A stretch of DNA of 63,073 nt, the filler included, from Basidiobolus ranarum (taxonomy: Eukaryota), in assembly GCA_040143965.1 (NCBI GenBank). It is 17 parts of 17 records of this genome, joined end to end, with 100 filler letters (N's around TTAATTAATTAA, not from the genome) between each part and the next. Parts side by side here need not be neighbours in the genome. Positions count along the whole stretch, not along the records: positions 52,055 to 55,663 come from JASJQH010009261.1; positions 55,764 to 59,369 come from JASJQH010009262.1; positions 59,470 to 63,073 come from JASJQH010009263.1; 14 more parts are not named here. The stretch is one strand, 5' to 3'. The translations under genes and the position numbers were made by a program. The stretch's first letter is position 1; the number at the start of each line of letters is the position of its first letter. Below are positions 52,055 through 63,073 of the stretch, piece after piece. The notes under the pieces were generated by a model. The model was not told where the DNA came from and did not search any database. It saw only the letters and a program-made list of their open reading frames with translations.

Positions 52055-52468
52055 TTAAGTCAGGAAGTCGATCCTAAAACTGGATTTATTCGAACTGAGC
52101 GTCTCGTAGCATGTCAACAGAACGTCCCGGTTTTAATCAAAAAGATATTCGGTGCGGACGATGTTTCATATGCTCGTGAAATTGTTGAAGTTGATCCAAA
52201 ATCCAAGACATTTACCGTATCCTCACGCAACCTTACCGGTAGCGATCTTTTGGCTATGGAAGAGAAGGTTGTTTACTGCCCGGATCCCAGTGATTCCACC
52301 AAAACACTTTTCACACAGGAAGCCCAGTTCACAGCCCTTACCCGCTTTTCAAGCTATGTAGAGGACTTTTGTGTGAACCGATTCCGTGACAACGCGGCTA
52401 TCGGACGTCAAGGCTTCGAGTCCGTACTGAATCGCCTCTTCTCCGGCAAACAAGCAGCTGCTATTTAA
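52055..52468 (+). CDS. UPS2: PRELI/MSF1 family mitochondrial lipid-transfer protein (5'-truncated)
   Basis: Open from contig start: EVDPKTGFIRTERLVACQQ..SYAREIVEVDP..SRNLT..FTQEAQF..RFRDNAAIGRQGFESVL. Confidence 0.9.
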   Translation, partial: LSQEVDPKTGFIRTERLVACQQNVPVLIKKIFGADDVSYAREIVEVDPKSKTFTVSSRNLTGSDLLAMEEKVVYCPDPSDSTKTLFTQEAQFTALTRFSSYVEDFCVNRFRDNAAIGRQGFESVLNRLFSGKQAAAI

Positions 52469-53859
52469 AGTATCAACTGCTCATCTCATCACTATCAACA
52501 ATAACCATTAGACTTTAGCATTTACAAATTACACCGGCATCTGTTTACCTACCCACTTGGCATTGTTCACCAGTTCCTTCTTTCCACTTACCATATTTTT
52601 TTTACATGTAAACGAGTTTCTAATTTCACCCAGAGTTACATGCAATTTTTTACGCTAGGAAAATAAATTCGGCATTCAGCTCAGATACTATTGATCTAGA
52701 ATTCTATGTCCGAAACTAACATCAGATATTCCACAACAGTATGAAGACTACATGACGGCCAAAAACCAGTTTTGGAATGCAATTGCATTTCTTCACAGAT
52801 AATGGGGTTTAGGTGAGCTATTTGAGATCTTATCAAGCGGGGTTGTACCTAAATCGAACTGTGTACCAAGTTGACATGTGAAAATTCCACTTGAGTATAG
52901 AATTATATTTATGGTAAGTTATCCGAGTGGGGAAATGAAATAAAGCAAGAATTAAATTAAAGGCTTACTGGTGTTTTGGGTCCCCTCCACCAGAAGAGAA
53001 AATTCTACTACTGACACAATTCCAAAAGTTCCCAAATCCATCTAAATTGCCGTGAAATAAAAAACGCTGAATGGCGCCTCGGCGAATCGGATCATGCTTC
53101 CCCTTGTCATACATCTTTTATGTGAGGGACGTTTCCGATTTACAACATGAGTGGTTACACGGGCAGAGACACTGATACATGTTCAGGTGCAAGTATCAGC
53201 GAGAAAGCTGATGGGGAGGAGCTTCCACTAGTCGTTATCGAGCCCATCATAAGCATATGAGTGGTGATGGATGTCCTCCGCCTCAAGCCCAAATTAGGGA
53301 ATCCATCAATCTAAATATGGCAGTTGAAACCAGTTGCTCCTTGAATCGGCTAAGGATTGATCGATTGTATGAATTATTGGAAATGAAATGCCATCGGATC
53401 CGAGAGGCAGCGGTTGTTGCGTATTTACACCCGACGCGTGTTAAGGCTGCTTGAATACCGAAATGGATTCCTTAAGCTTCATACATTATTCAATAAGGCA
53501 AATATTGGTTTGTTAGATGTGACTCTTGCCTACATTTGGATGTTCCAAACAACTTTAATTAGTCTATATGGCAAGTGCCTCCGGTAACACATACAAAGTT
53601 TACTTAGGGTGGCGGTTGAAGAAATGGTCAATGTGGTGTCGATACTTTATTTAGTCGGGCTTGACGCTTGGTATTCCCAACTCCTCTCTAAGACTAGGTC
53701 GGACAAATGGGATCATCCGGTCTAATGAATATACAGAGTTCCTAATAATGACTTATTTACAATACTGAAGATGGATCTAGCTATGTCCTCAATACAGCTA
53801 GTTGTTATTTCTACACATCATTGAGAATTGGCCTCATACAATTTGCCGAATGCTACGAG

Positions 53860-55663
53860 TCAGTTGGATTTCACCTTGACCAAGCAGTGTTCAACATCAA
53901 CTCCATTTGCAACCAGTAAATCAATCCACACTTTCTGCGTCTCGGATAATCTATCACCCGGCCCTTTCACTTCAACAAATTTCATCTTCTTTTTGGTGTA
54001 ATCCCATAGACATAGATCGGGTAGTCCCGAGCTACGTTGCTTATACTCTTGTGCCAGCACTTTACACATGGCAGAAAGCCCCTTCCCACCGATACACTCG
54101 GCGATTTCCAAAAGATCTTGCGTTTCGTAGCTCCAAGATATTCCGACGCAATGAGTTCTTCGAGGTCTTTCTCTTTCATCTACTTGTTGTATCAGATGTA
54201 AATAATCGCCTTTTAGAATTTCCATTAGACGGGTTTCGATTTCCTCCTGTCGACCCACGTAGAAAGCATCGGAACGTAGATCCAAGGGTTCTGTCTGGTA
54301 CTCAGTGTCGAAAACTCCTGGCTTTGATGCAAAGAGAATGTCCCAGAAAAGCATGGAGAATAAGGTGGTGCAAATACTGCTTTCTGAGTGGTAACCTGCA
54401 TATCCCAACCCTTCGTAATATTCGAGTGCCACCGCTTCCACCGTGCATGGGACTCCTTCTTGATTGATATACAATGCTCTGGTTTTCTCCGGTGTGACAG
54501 GAGCACGAATTCCATAAACAGTAGTTTGTGTTGCTTGCCGTAGAGATACATAGGAGAAATCGTGTCTTTCACTCTTTGGTATTGCCAGCTTTTTTTCAAC
54601 CCACTCTATTCGGCTATGTATGGCATTTGAGGAGGCAAATGGAAGATGATCGTCGTGTATCGCTTCGAGACATACTTCAAGTGTCCGTTTGAATCCTTCT
54701 CTTTTATTGTGAGTGTAATGGGCAGACACCAAGGCAAGCCGTTCGTACCATACACCTCGCTTACCCAATCGGAAGATTTTCTGATCCAGTAATTTCCGCA
54801 ATAGAATCTTTTCTCTTTCATGGTCCTTCAACGATGCCATGAGCTTTACTCCATATTCCATAATCCGGGTGTACACCCATCCTAAGCAATACACGACTGA
54901 ATAAAACCATCGACCAAATGTATGATTGTAGACACAGCTTACCTGGGGTGAATCTCAATAAATAGTAGTCGGAGTCCGGCGGATGCTCTAGATATTCGAT
55001 CAGCTGCAATTCCCACGGGTAAATACAATCTTCACAGAATCTCAAGGCTTGCCTCCAGTCTTCCTGCACTTTGCTATGTACAAGATCAGATATGGTATGT
55101 TCCAGACGAAGTGACTGCTCATATTCAAGCAGCTGTTCTCTGGATTTAAAAACGCTAACGCTGCGATCAACCTTGTACTTGGGGAAGTTTCGTCGGCCGA
55201 TCTTAGCCAAGATAGTGGAGACCATCGCTTTTTCATCGAAAGAGATCTTCCTGTAATATACCAGGTGAATCCGAGCAAATGTCTCGGCAATTTCTGGAGA
55301 GATCCGAACCATTCCCCCTTTTAGAGACGTTAGTTGTAGTGGGATTGAGGGATGTTGCTCAGAGTTTGTTCAAATCTACCTGTGATTTTTAGGATTTTCT
55401 TTAGGACAAATTTCTGTCGTTGAGTCTTTCTTTCCTCCGCGTTTGAAAAAAACCCCAGCTTCAAACTTGATTGTTGGCAGGCGGAGTGGACAATGGATTG
55501 AATCAATTCATCTCTCTGAGCATCAGCTGAATTAGTCTCACTTGATTTGGAAGAATAAACAACTTGGGGAATACAACCTTCTTGGAAGAGATCTTGACAG
55601 TAGACGAGAGCTCTATTCCCAAGATCTTTAATTCGTCCAAGCACAAACAACTCGAAGCCTCTT
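53860..55663 (-). CDS. FAN1: Fanconi-associated nuclease 1 (VRR-NUC), 5'-truncated; introns 55318-55379 and 54882-54942
   Basis: KRGVWYERLAL, TVEAVALEYY, GYHSESS, SGLPDLCLW..FVEVKGPGDRLSETQKVW; removing the two GT-AG introns joins three ORFs in frame. Confidence 0.95.
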
Positions 55664-55763
55664 NNNNNNNNNNNNNNNNNNNNNNNNNNNNNNNNNNNNN
55701 NNNNNNNTTAATTAATTAANNNNNNNNNNNNNNNNNNNNNNNNNNNNNNNNNNNNNNNNNNNN

Positions 55764-58283
55764 GAGCTAAACAGAGCTACTGGAGCAACTGTTTCATTAA
55801 TATCAACTCCTGGAGTCTGGGAATAGCCTTTTGCAACTAATCTTGCTTTGTACCTTGCTATGGTTCCATCAGCTTGGTTTTTGTAGACTCATTTGTGACC
55901 CAATGGGTTGCTTGTCACAGAATGCTGCATAAGCATATACATCATCATTGGAAGTGTTCCACCAGTTTCCTGGCTTATTTCTCCTTCTGGATGATCTTAT
56001 GAGTCCTGAATCATCCTTTGATGTAATTGGGACTGCAATTTTGGTTGAATAGGGCACAGATACCGCTGGAATTTTGTTAGACACTTCCTGAATAGTACTG
56101 ATTGTGTTTTATGGATCAAGAACTGTGATTTGAGGTGAAAAATTTGCTTTTAGATCAAAAATCACATCTCTGCACTTGATTAACTTCTGATTTTTTGGAT
56201 CAAACAGTCTGTAGGCCTTGGATCCAACACAGTAACCAAGAAATATGCATTTTTCACTTTTGAGTTCCAGTTTTGAGCATTTTTGAGCTGGAATTAGGCC
56301 ATATGCTGTGGAACCAAAGATCATGAGATGATCCACATTTGGTTTTGATCCATATAGGGCTTCCAATGGAATAGAATCTGATAGCAATCTTGTTGGGCTT
56401 CTGTTCTTGATATGGACTGCAGTGGAGACAGATTTAGCCCAATATTTGTAATCTAACTTTTGATCATGTAACATTGATCTTGCCATCTCCATTATCTTCC
56501 TATTAGCATGTTCTGAGACTCCATTTTGCTGTGGAGTATAAGGTACAGTAGTTTGTTGCTTAATTCCATATTTAGAGCAAAAACTAGCAAAGTCTTTAGA
56601 GCAGTATTCTGCACCATTATCACTCCTTGGTACTCTTATTTTTTGTGCGGATTCTTTCTCTACCATTGCTTTGTAGTGCTTGAATGTATCTAAAGCTTCA
56701 GATTTTGATTTGAGAAAGAATATCCAAGTAGATCTTGGTTTGACATCAATAAAGGTCAGAGTGTACCTTTTCCCACCCAGTGAGACATTGTTTGTGGGCG
56801 CACATAGGTCAGAATGAAGCAGGGCAAAATTCTGAGTGGACATGTTCTCTGCAGAGCTTGAAAACAGCTGTCTGTGATGTTTCCAAATGTGCAACCTTCA
56901 CACATATTGAATTTAGTGATATATTGATTCTCCAAGCCTGAAACAAGCTGATTTTGAATCATTTGGGTTAGTTTTTGTTCCCCAATGTGGCCTAATCTGC
57001 TATGCCACATTTGACAACTTATTTCACCAGTTTTAGCCAAGTTTGCACTCTCAGAATGCAATTTGTTGATTTGTAGCTTGTATAAGTTTTGAGTTTGGAT
57101 CTCAGTAGCTAATTTGGTATTATTCTGATCTGTGATAGTGCATCCAGCCTTACTGAGCACAAAATCTAATCCTTAAGTTGCAGGTTGGCTTACCGACAGT
57201 AGATTCTTGGCTATATTTGTTACATATGATATATCATCTAATTTTGCAGATGGTATAGCTGAATTTAGCTCTAAATTGAGTACAACTGTGCCCTTACCAA
57301 CTGCATCTAGTGCATAGTCATCAACTAAGTAGAGTTTCCTTCTTGGGATTGGTTTTAAGCTGGAAAACCAATCTTTCCTGTTTGACATATGCTGGAAAGC
57401 TCCTGAATCAATGTACCACATCTCTGAGTATTCTTTAGTGGTTACTGTTGAGGCAGATACAAATAGATGATCTCCATCAGTGCTTACTTGATTTGTTTGT
57501 TCTGATTTTAGCTTTTTGGCAAAAATCCTTTTTCTGCAATCTTTGATTAAATGGCCTGGTTTCTTGCAATACTTGCAGATGATAAATTTCCTAATAGGGA
57601 CACCATTATTGAAGCCTTTTGGATATTTTACAACTCCAAAAAATGCCTGTTCTGCATGATTTTGCTGAGAATTAAATCTCCTTAATTCTTCATTCAAAAG
57701 CCTAGCACCAACATATTCCATTGTTAGTGGCTCTGATCTTGATTCTAGGGCAACTATGAGGTACCCAAACTCATCCGGCAGGCTCCCAAGTAGTGTCATG
57801 ACTAAGTCATCTGCATTTAGAGGTGCTCCAATGGATGAGAGCTGATCAGCCATAGTTTCTATCCAATTTATATGATTAAGCATAGAATCATCAGGCTTCA
57901 TCTGAAATGAGAATCATTTTCGCCTAAGATATAGACTATTAGCCAGACTTTTAGTCTCATATAGTCCCTCAAGTGTTTCCCAAGCATTTTGGACATTTTT
58001 GGCTGATTGTATATGCCTCAATTGAGAATCTCTGAGATGTAGAAAGAGTGTAAAGAGTGCTTTCCTCTGCTTCTTGTGAAAGACAAGGATAGCTTCTGGT
58101 GGTCCCTTTGGCTCTGTTTCTTCTCCTGTAACAAGTCCCCAAAGGTCCTTGTCTTCTAGCGCCATTTGCATCTTGAACTTCCCAAGGTGAAAGTCTTCAC
58201 CGTCAAACTTCTCTGTGGATGCAAAAACATTAGTAATAGTACTGGTAGACATTCCTTTAACAGCTAGCTGAGGGCTCATAGAC
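55764..58283 (-). mobile_element. Copia family B gag-PR-integrase-RT start, lightly decayed
   Basis: Gag ATG at 58252 (EKFDGEDFHL), [49 protein letters not shown]; degenerate PBS at 58272-58283. Confidence 0.96.
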
Positions 58284-58634
58284 TTATAAAAGTGTTTAGG
58301 GGATTTGGAAGTGTTTTGGACAAGATTTGGATTAGTGAATTAAAGACTTAAGTTTTATTGAATTAAATATGTCCTATTTATAGTTTACTATGAAATAGGA
58401 CTATTGGATGTGCTTAGATCATTGCAAACATGCCTGTGAAGCTAGAGTGAAATTTGAGGTGATTTGGAGAAGTTTTGAGAAAATAGTGAAAATTAGAAAA
58501 AGTGAACTATTTGATAGAAATATCAATTAGAGCAATAAACACTCGTTTTTGAATGACCAAATTGGGTGCTAAATAATCAGAATATGAATAAACTAACTAC
58601 TAGATAATGAGTTGCTATTTATCTAATTTCAACA
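58284..58634 (-). repeat. LTR-B, 5' LTR
   Basis: Aligns with 27895-28245; ends TTTCAACA on +. Confidence 0.9.
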
Positions 58635-58965
58635 GACTCTTGTATTTTTTGATTCTCATTATAGCTGGAATACAAAGCCTAAAATATCTATATAAGGGCA
58701 TCCATATTAATTCAAATTCCTACAGCAGTAAACCCAGTAATTTGCCATTCAAAATTTGCAAAAGTTGTGGGAAATTAAATAATGCATGCCAAATATGTGG
58801 ATCAATATTTTAACATGTATGTATATCATTATAATACTGTCAAGAAACTGCCATCACACCATCAAAATCCCTGGCAGAATGCAAGCCACCAATATTTTAA
58901 TAGTTCTCTGATGGTTTTGCGATTTTGCAGGGTGGATCCAATATGGATCATATTGATTTTATTTT
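58635..58965 (+). repeat. Family R fragment
   Basis: ORF 58782-58976 aligns with ORF 62079-62309 (KKLP....NPWQNASHQY..VDPIWI). Confidence 0.8.
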
Positions 58966-59170
58966 TGGTAGAGTGAGCCACACAGATCAGAGTGTATCAG
59001 GCCCAATTTATGAACAATTTTGCTCATTCCATAGACTACAAATGGCTGTCCGTGTTGTCTACCACATAGGCAACCTTCATATAGCTGCAGATCTGGTGTA
59101 ATTACAAAGCTTATTCCCATAATCATCTTGTTTTTGATTACATTTCTCATATTTCCAACTCCTGAATGAA
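58966..59170 (-). mobile_element. Copia gag-pre-integrase fragment
   Basis: YEGCLCGRQHGQPF...LGLIHSDLCG. Confidence 0.8.
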
Positions 59171-59469
59171 TCTTGCCCGAAATCACCTGGATTTGAGTCA
59201 ATCGTGGAAAAACCAAAAACCAGGCGTCACTCTGAAGGTTCTTGACTTATTTCATGTTGCTTATCCTGGGTTTTTGCAAGCAAATGGCAATTGGGCTAGT
59301 ATAGGCCTATTCATGAAACATCTCAAAAATATATGCAATTATCAACTTGGAAAAGAAAGAAAAGCAGCTNNNNNNNNNNNNNNNNNNNNNNNNNNNNNNN
59401 NNNNNNNNNNNNNTTAATTAATTAANNNNNNNNNNNNNNNNNNNNNNNNNNNNNNNNNNNNNNNNNNNN

Positions 59470-61580
59470 TATGGCTCCATTAGCTAGTTTTTTGACTTTA
59501 TAGACCCATTTGCAACCTAATGGCTTTCTCACTGATGGTAGAGGACTTGATACCCACATTTCATTGCCCTGAAGTGAAGATAATCCAGTTGACACTGCTT
59601 TTTCCCATAATTCTGATTCTGTACTCTCCAGAGTTTGATCTAGAGTCTGTGCTTTGTGACAGAATGCTGTATAACCAGGTACATCAACATTGGAAGCATA
59701 GCTACTGCAGCAAATGTTTTATTAAGATCAACTCCTGGAGCCTGGGATTAGCTTTTTGCAACTAATTTTTCTTTGTATCTTTCTATGGTTCCATCATCTC
59801 AGTTTATGACTTTGTAGATCCATTTGAAATCAATTGCCTTCTCCCTGATGATAGAGGACTTAAAACTCATGTTTTATTGTCCTGAAGTTAAGAAAACTCA
59901 TGTGACACTCCAGAGCTTGATCTAGAATCTGTGGCTTGTCACACCATGCTGTATAAGCATATCCATCATCATTGGAAGGGTTCCACCAGTTTCCTGGCTT
60001 ATTTCTTCTTCTGGCTGATCACCTAGGCCCTGAATTATGCTCTAATGTATATGAGGCTTGAGTTTCAATTTAATAGGGCTCAGATAAGGCTGGAATTTTG
60101 TTAGACACTTCCTGAACAGTGCTGAATGTGTTTTCCGGATCAAGAACTCAGATTTGAGGTGAAAAATATGCTTTTTCAGCAAAAATTGCATCTTTGCACT
60201 TGATTAACATCTGATTTTTGGTATCAAACAGTCTGCAGGCCTTAGATCCTTCACAGTAACCAAGATATATGTATTTTCTGCTTTTGGGTTACAATTTAGA
60301 GCATTTTTGAGTTGGAATTAGGTAATATGCTGTGCAGCCAAAGTTCCCAAGATGAACCACACTCTGTTTTGATCCATATAGGGCTTCAAATGAAGTAGAA
60401 TTTTGTAGCAATCTTGTTGAGCATCTGTTTTTGATATAGACTGCAGTGGAGACAGATTCAGCCCAATATTTGTAATCTAACTTTTGATCATGTAACATTG
60501 ATCTTGCCATCTCCACTATATTCCTATTAGCACATTCTGCAACTCCATTTTGCTGTGGAGTATAAAGTACAGTAGTTTGTTGCTTAATTCCAAGTTTAGA
60601 GCAAAAACTAGCAAAGTCTTTAGAGCAATATTCTCCATCATTATCACTCCTTAGTACCCTAATTGATTGTGCTGATTCTTTCTCTACCATTGCTTTGTAG
60701 TTCTTAAACGTAGCTAAGGCTACAGATTTTGATTTGAGAAAGAATACCCAAGTATATCTTGTTTTGTCATCAACAAATGTCATAAAGTACCTTTTCCCAC
60801 TCAGTGTGATGCTTTTCATGGGCCTGCATAGGTAAGAATGAATTAGGGAAAAATTCTGAGTGGTTTTGATCTCTCCAGAGCTTGAAAATGGCTGTCTGTG
60901 ATGTTTTCCATATATGGAACCTTCACACAGATCCAATTAGGGATATTTTCAATTTCCAAGCCTGAAATAAGCTGATTTTGGATCATTTGGGTCAGCTTTT
61001 GTTCCCCAATATGGCCTAATCTTCTATGCCATATATATATAATAGGGACACCATTATTGAAGCCTGTTGGATGTTTTACAGGTCCAAAAATGCTTGTTCT
61101 GCATTATATTGCTGAGAATTAGATCTCCTTAATTCTTCATTCAAAAGCCAAGAACAGACATATTCCACTGTTAATGGCTCTGATCTTGATTCTAGGGCAA
61201 TTATGAGGTTCCCATACTTGTCTGGCAAGCTCCCATATAGTGTCATGACTAAGTCTTCTTCATTTAGAGGTGCTCCAATAGATGAGAGCTGATCTGCCAT
61301 AGTTTTTATCTGATTTATATGATTAAGCATAGAATCATCAGGATTCATCTGAATTGAGAACTTTTTTGCCTAAGATAGAGCCCATTAGCCAGACTTTTAG
61401 TCTCTTATAGTCCCTCCAGTGTTTCCCAAGCATTTTTGATGTTTTTGGCTGATTTTATGTGCCTCAATTGAGAATCTCTGAGATGTAGACAAAGTGAAGA
61501 GAGTGCTTTCCTCTGCTTCTTGTGAAAGGCAAGGATAGCTCCTGGTGGTCCCTTTGGCTCTATTTCTTCTCCTGTAACAA
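59470..61580 (-). mobile_element. Copia family B copy with zinc knuckle and protease deleted and a tandem duplication of the RT start
   Basis: Homologous to 55764-58135; integrase ORF 60289-60936; deletion junction at 61030-61045; similar segments at about 59470-59700 and 59780-59980. Confidence 0.93.
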
Positions 61581-61582
61581 AT

Positions 61583-63073
61583 TGTGTTGGGTATGAGCTA
61601 AACCTTGGGTATGAAGAACTCTATATAAATATTCAGGAAAATATATCAAAGAAACTAGGGATTTCAAAGGTAACAAATTAGCATTCAAGTGGTAATTGTG
61701 TAAAATTTGAGTTATGGTTTTTGCACATGTGTTGATACATAGTTCTCTGAAATTTTAGCTAATCATTTGCAACTATGTTGTGAGATCTTGAAATTTTACT
61801 TCTGAAACTGAAAAAATTGATTAAAATCCAATCTTACTTGATGATTTTATGATGGTAGGTAAAAGTCAATCCTAAATAGATTATAATTGTCACAGTTTTC
61901 CTACAACAAAAATCCTCTAATTTCAGTTAGGTAAAACAACATCAGATTATGACACCAACAAAATATTCTAAATTATAGAGGTACTTACTCTGCATCCATG
62001 GATTGGGTTTTGTTGCTGTTATTGTAGTCAAACTATGCAAAAACCCATCAGCCATTGAAAAAGTGCTTTGTTGGAAGGTTAATCTAATCTGGATTCTTGT
62101 TGACTGCTTGTATTACACCCTGACAAAAATAAAATTGATTTGATCCAGATTGGATCCACCATCCTGGATTGCAAAACTGTCAGGGGACAATCACAGTATT
62201 GGTGGCTTGCATTCTGCCAGGGATTTGATGGTTTATTTGGAAGCTTCTTGATGTTATTTTGATGGTCTTCATCTATGGTAAAATATGGATTTGCATATTT
62301 GGCCTGCATTGTCTAATTTCCAATAATTTTTGTAAAAAATTAATTTTCAAATGGCAAATACTGGGTTTACTGCTCTAAGAATTTGAAGTAACATATGTGC
62401 CTGTATTTAGATATCTTAGGCTTTGTATTCCAGCCATGATGAGAATCAAAAAAATACAAGAATCTTATTGTGTTTAGTCTCTACATATTCACTTACTTGA
62501 CTGATTGGACATAACTCAACAACATCAATATGCTTTACCAGTAAACTAAAGGCAGAAAAATTGCTCAATATCTGAAATTTTACATAGCACTGACACTTGG
62601 TAAAGAGCTGACTCTTGTTGCCATCCATAATGAAAATAAGCTGTCGGATTTTGGCAAATTTCTGTAAAGAATTAAGCCAAAATGTTCCAAACTTGCATTC
62701 AAACATCTCATGCCACAAGTAGATGAGTCATTGTTTGAAAAGATAATCCCATGGCTAAGACAATAATGCTGCATATATAAATCTATCTCACCAAGAAGTC
62801 TATCTTGCAGCTTTCCTAAAAGTACTGTCGGATTATTACACAAACAGATTAGTCTAAATCATAGAGGTATTCACTCTGAGTTCATGGAATGGGTTTTGTT
62901 GCTGTTATTATGCTCAAACAATGCAAAAACCATGAGCACATTGAAAAGAGCCCTTTGTTGAAAACAAGAATCTCGTTGTGTTTAGTCTCAACATATGCAC
63001 ATATTTGACTGATTAGACATCACTCAACAACATCAATATGATTTACCATCAAACAAATGCTGGAAAAATTGCT
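61583..63073. repeat. Family R, rearranged fragments: 61583-61935 on +, about 61940-63073 on -
   Basis: Homologous to 18945-19290, 19300-19517, 19990-20200, 21843-22239 and 58635-58965. Confidence 0.8.

Noticed and set aside
53860-54100. PD-(D/E)xK VRR-NUC nuclease as a phage or defence-system gene
   Set aside because: It is the C-terminal domain of an intron-containing eukaryotic FAN1.

Overview
This is not one locus. It is 17 unrelated contigs of about 3.6 kb (3626 down to 3604 bp, sorted by length) joined by identical 100-bp spacers (N44-TTAATTAATTAA-N44), so adjacency across a spacer has no biological meaning. The content is eukaryotic and fungal-like: short GT-AG introns, eEF2, ubiquitin, a formin, Ups2/PRELI and FAN1. 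An early-diverging fungus such as Basidiobolus is plausible but cannot be proven here. About half the window is decayed LTR retrotransposon: three Ty1/copia families with a half-tRNA-iMet PBS, two Ty3/gypsy elements, and solo LTRs. These repeats show CpG-directed mutation. An unidentified, intron-containing, multicopy coding repeat (family R) occurs in three contigs. The gene-bearing contigs hold a secreted bacterial-type CHAP amidase, a group XII-like sPLA2 lacking its catalytic His-Asp, and a tandem pair of HNMT-like methyltransferases. They also hold pseudogenes of an A-T-TE NRPS-like enzyme (2 copies), a class 3 lipase, a subtilisin and a triple-LysM protein. There are no prokaryotic operons, CRISPR arrays or rRNA. 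All family calls come from reading motifs by eye; no searches were run. I see no complete novel multi-gene system; the best leads are the CHAP gene, family R, and a tRNA-like unit next to a copia PBS.
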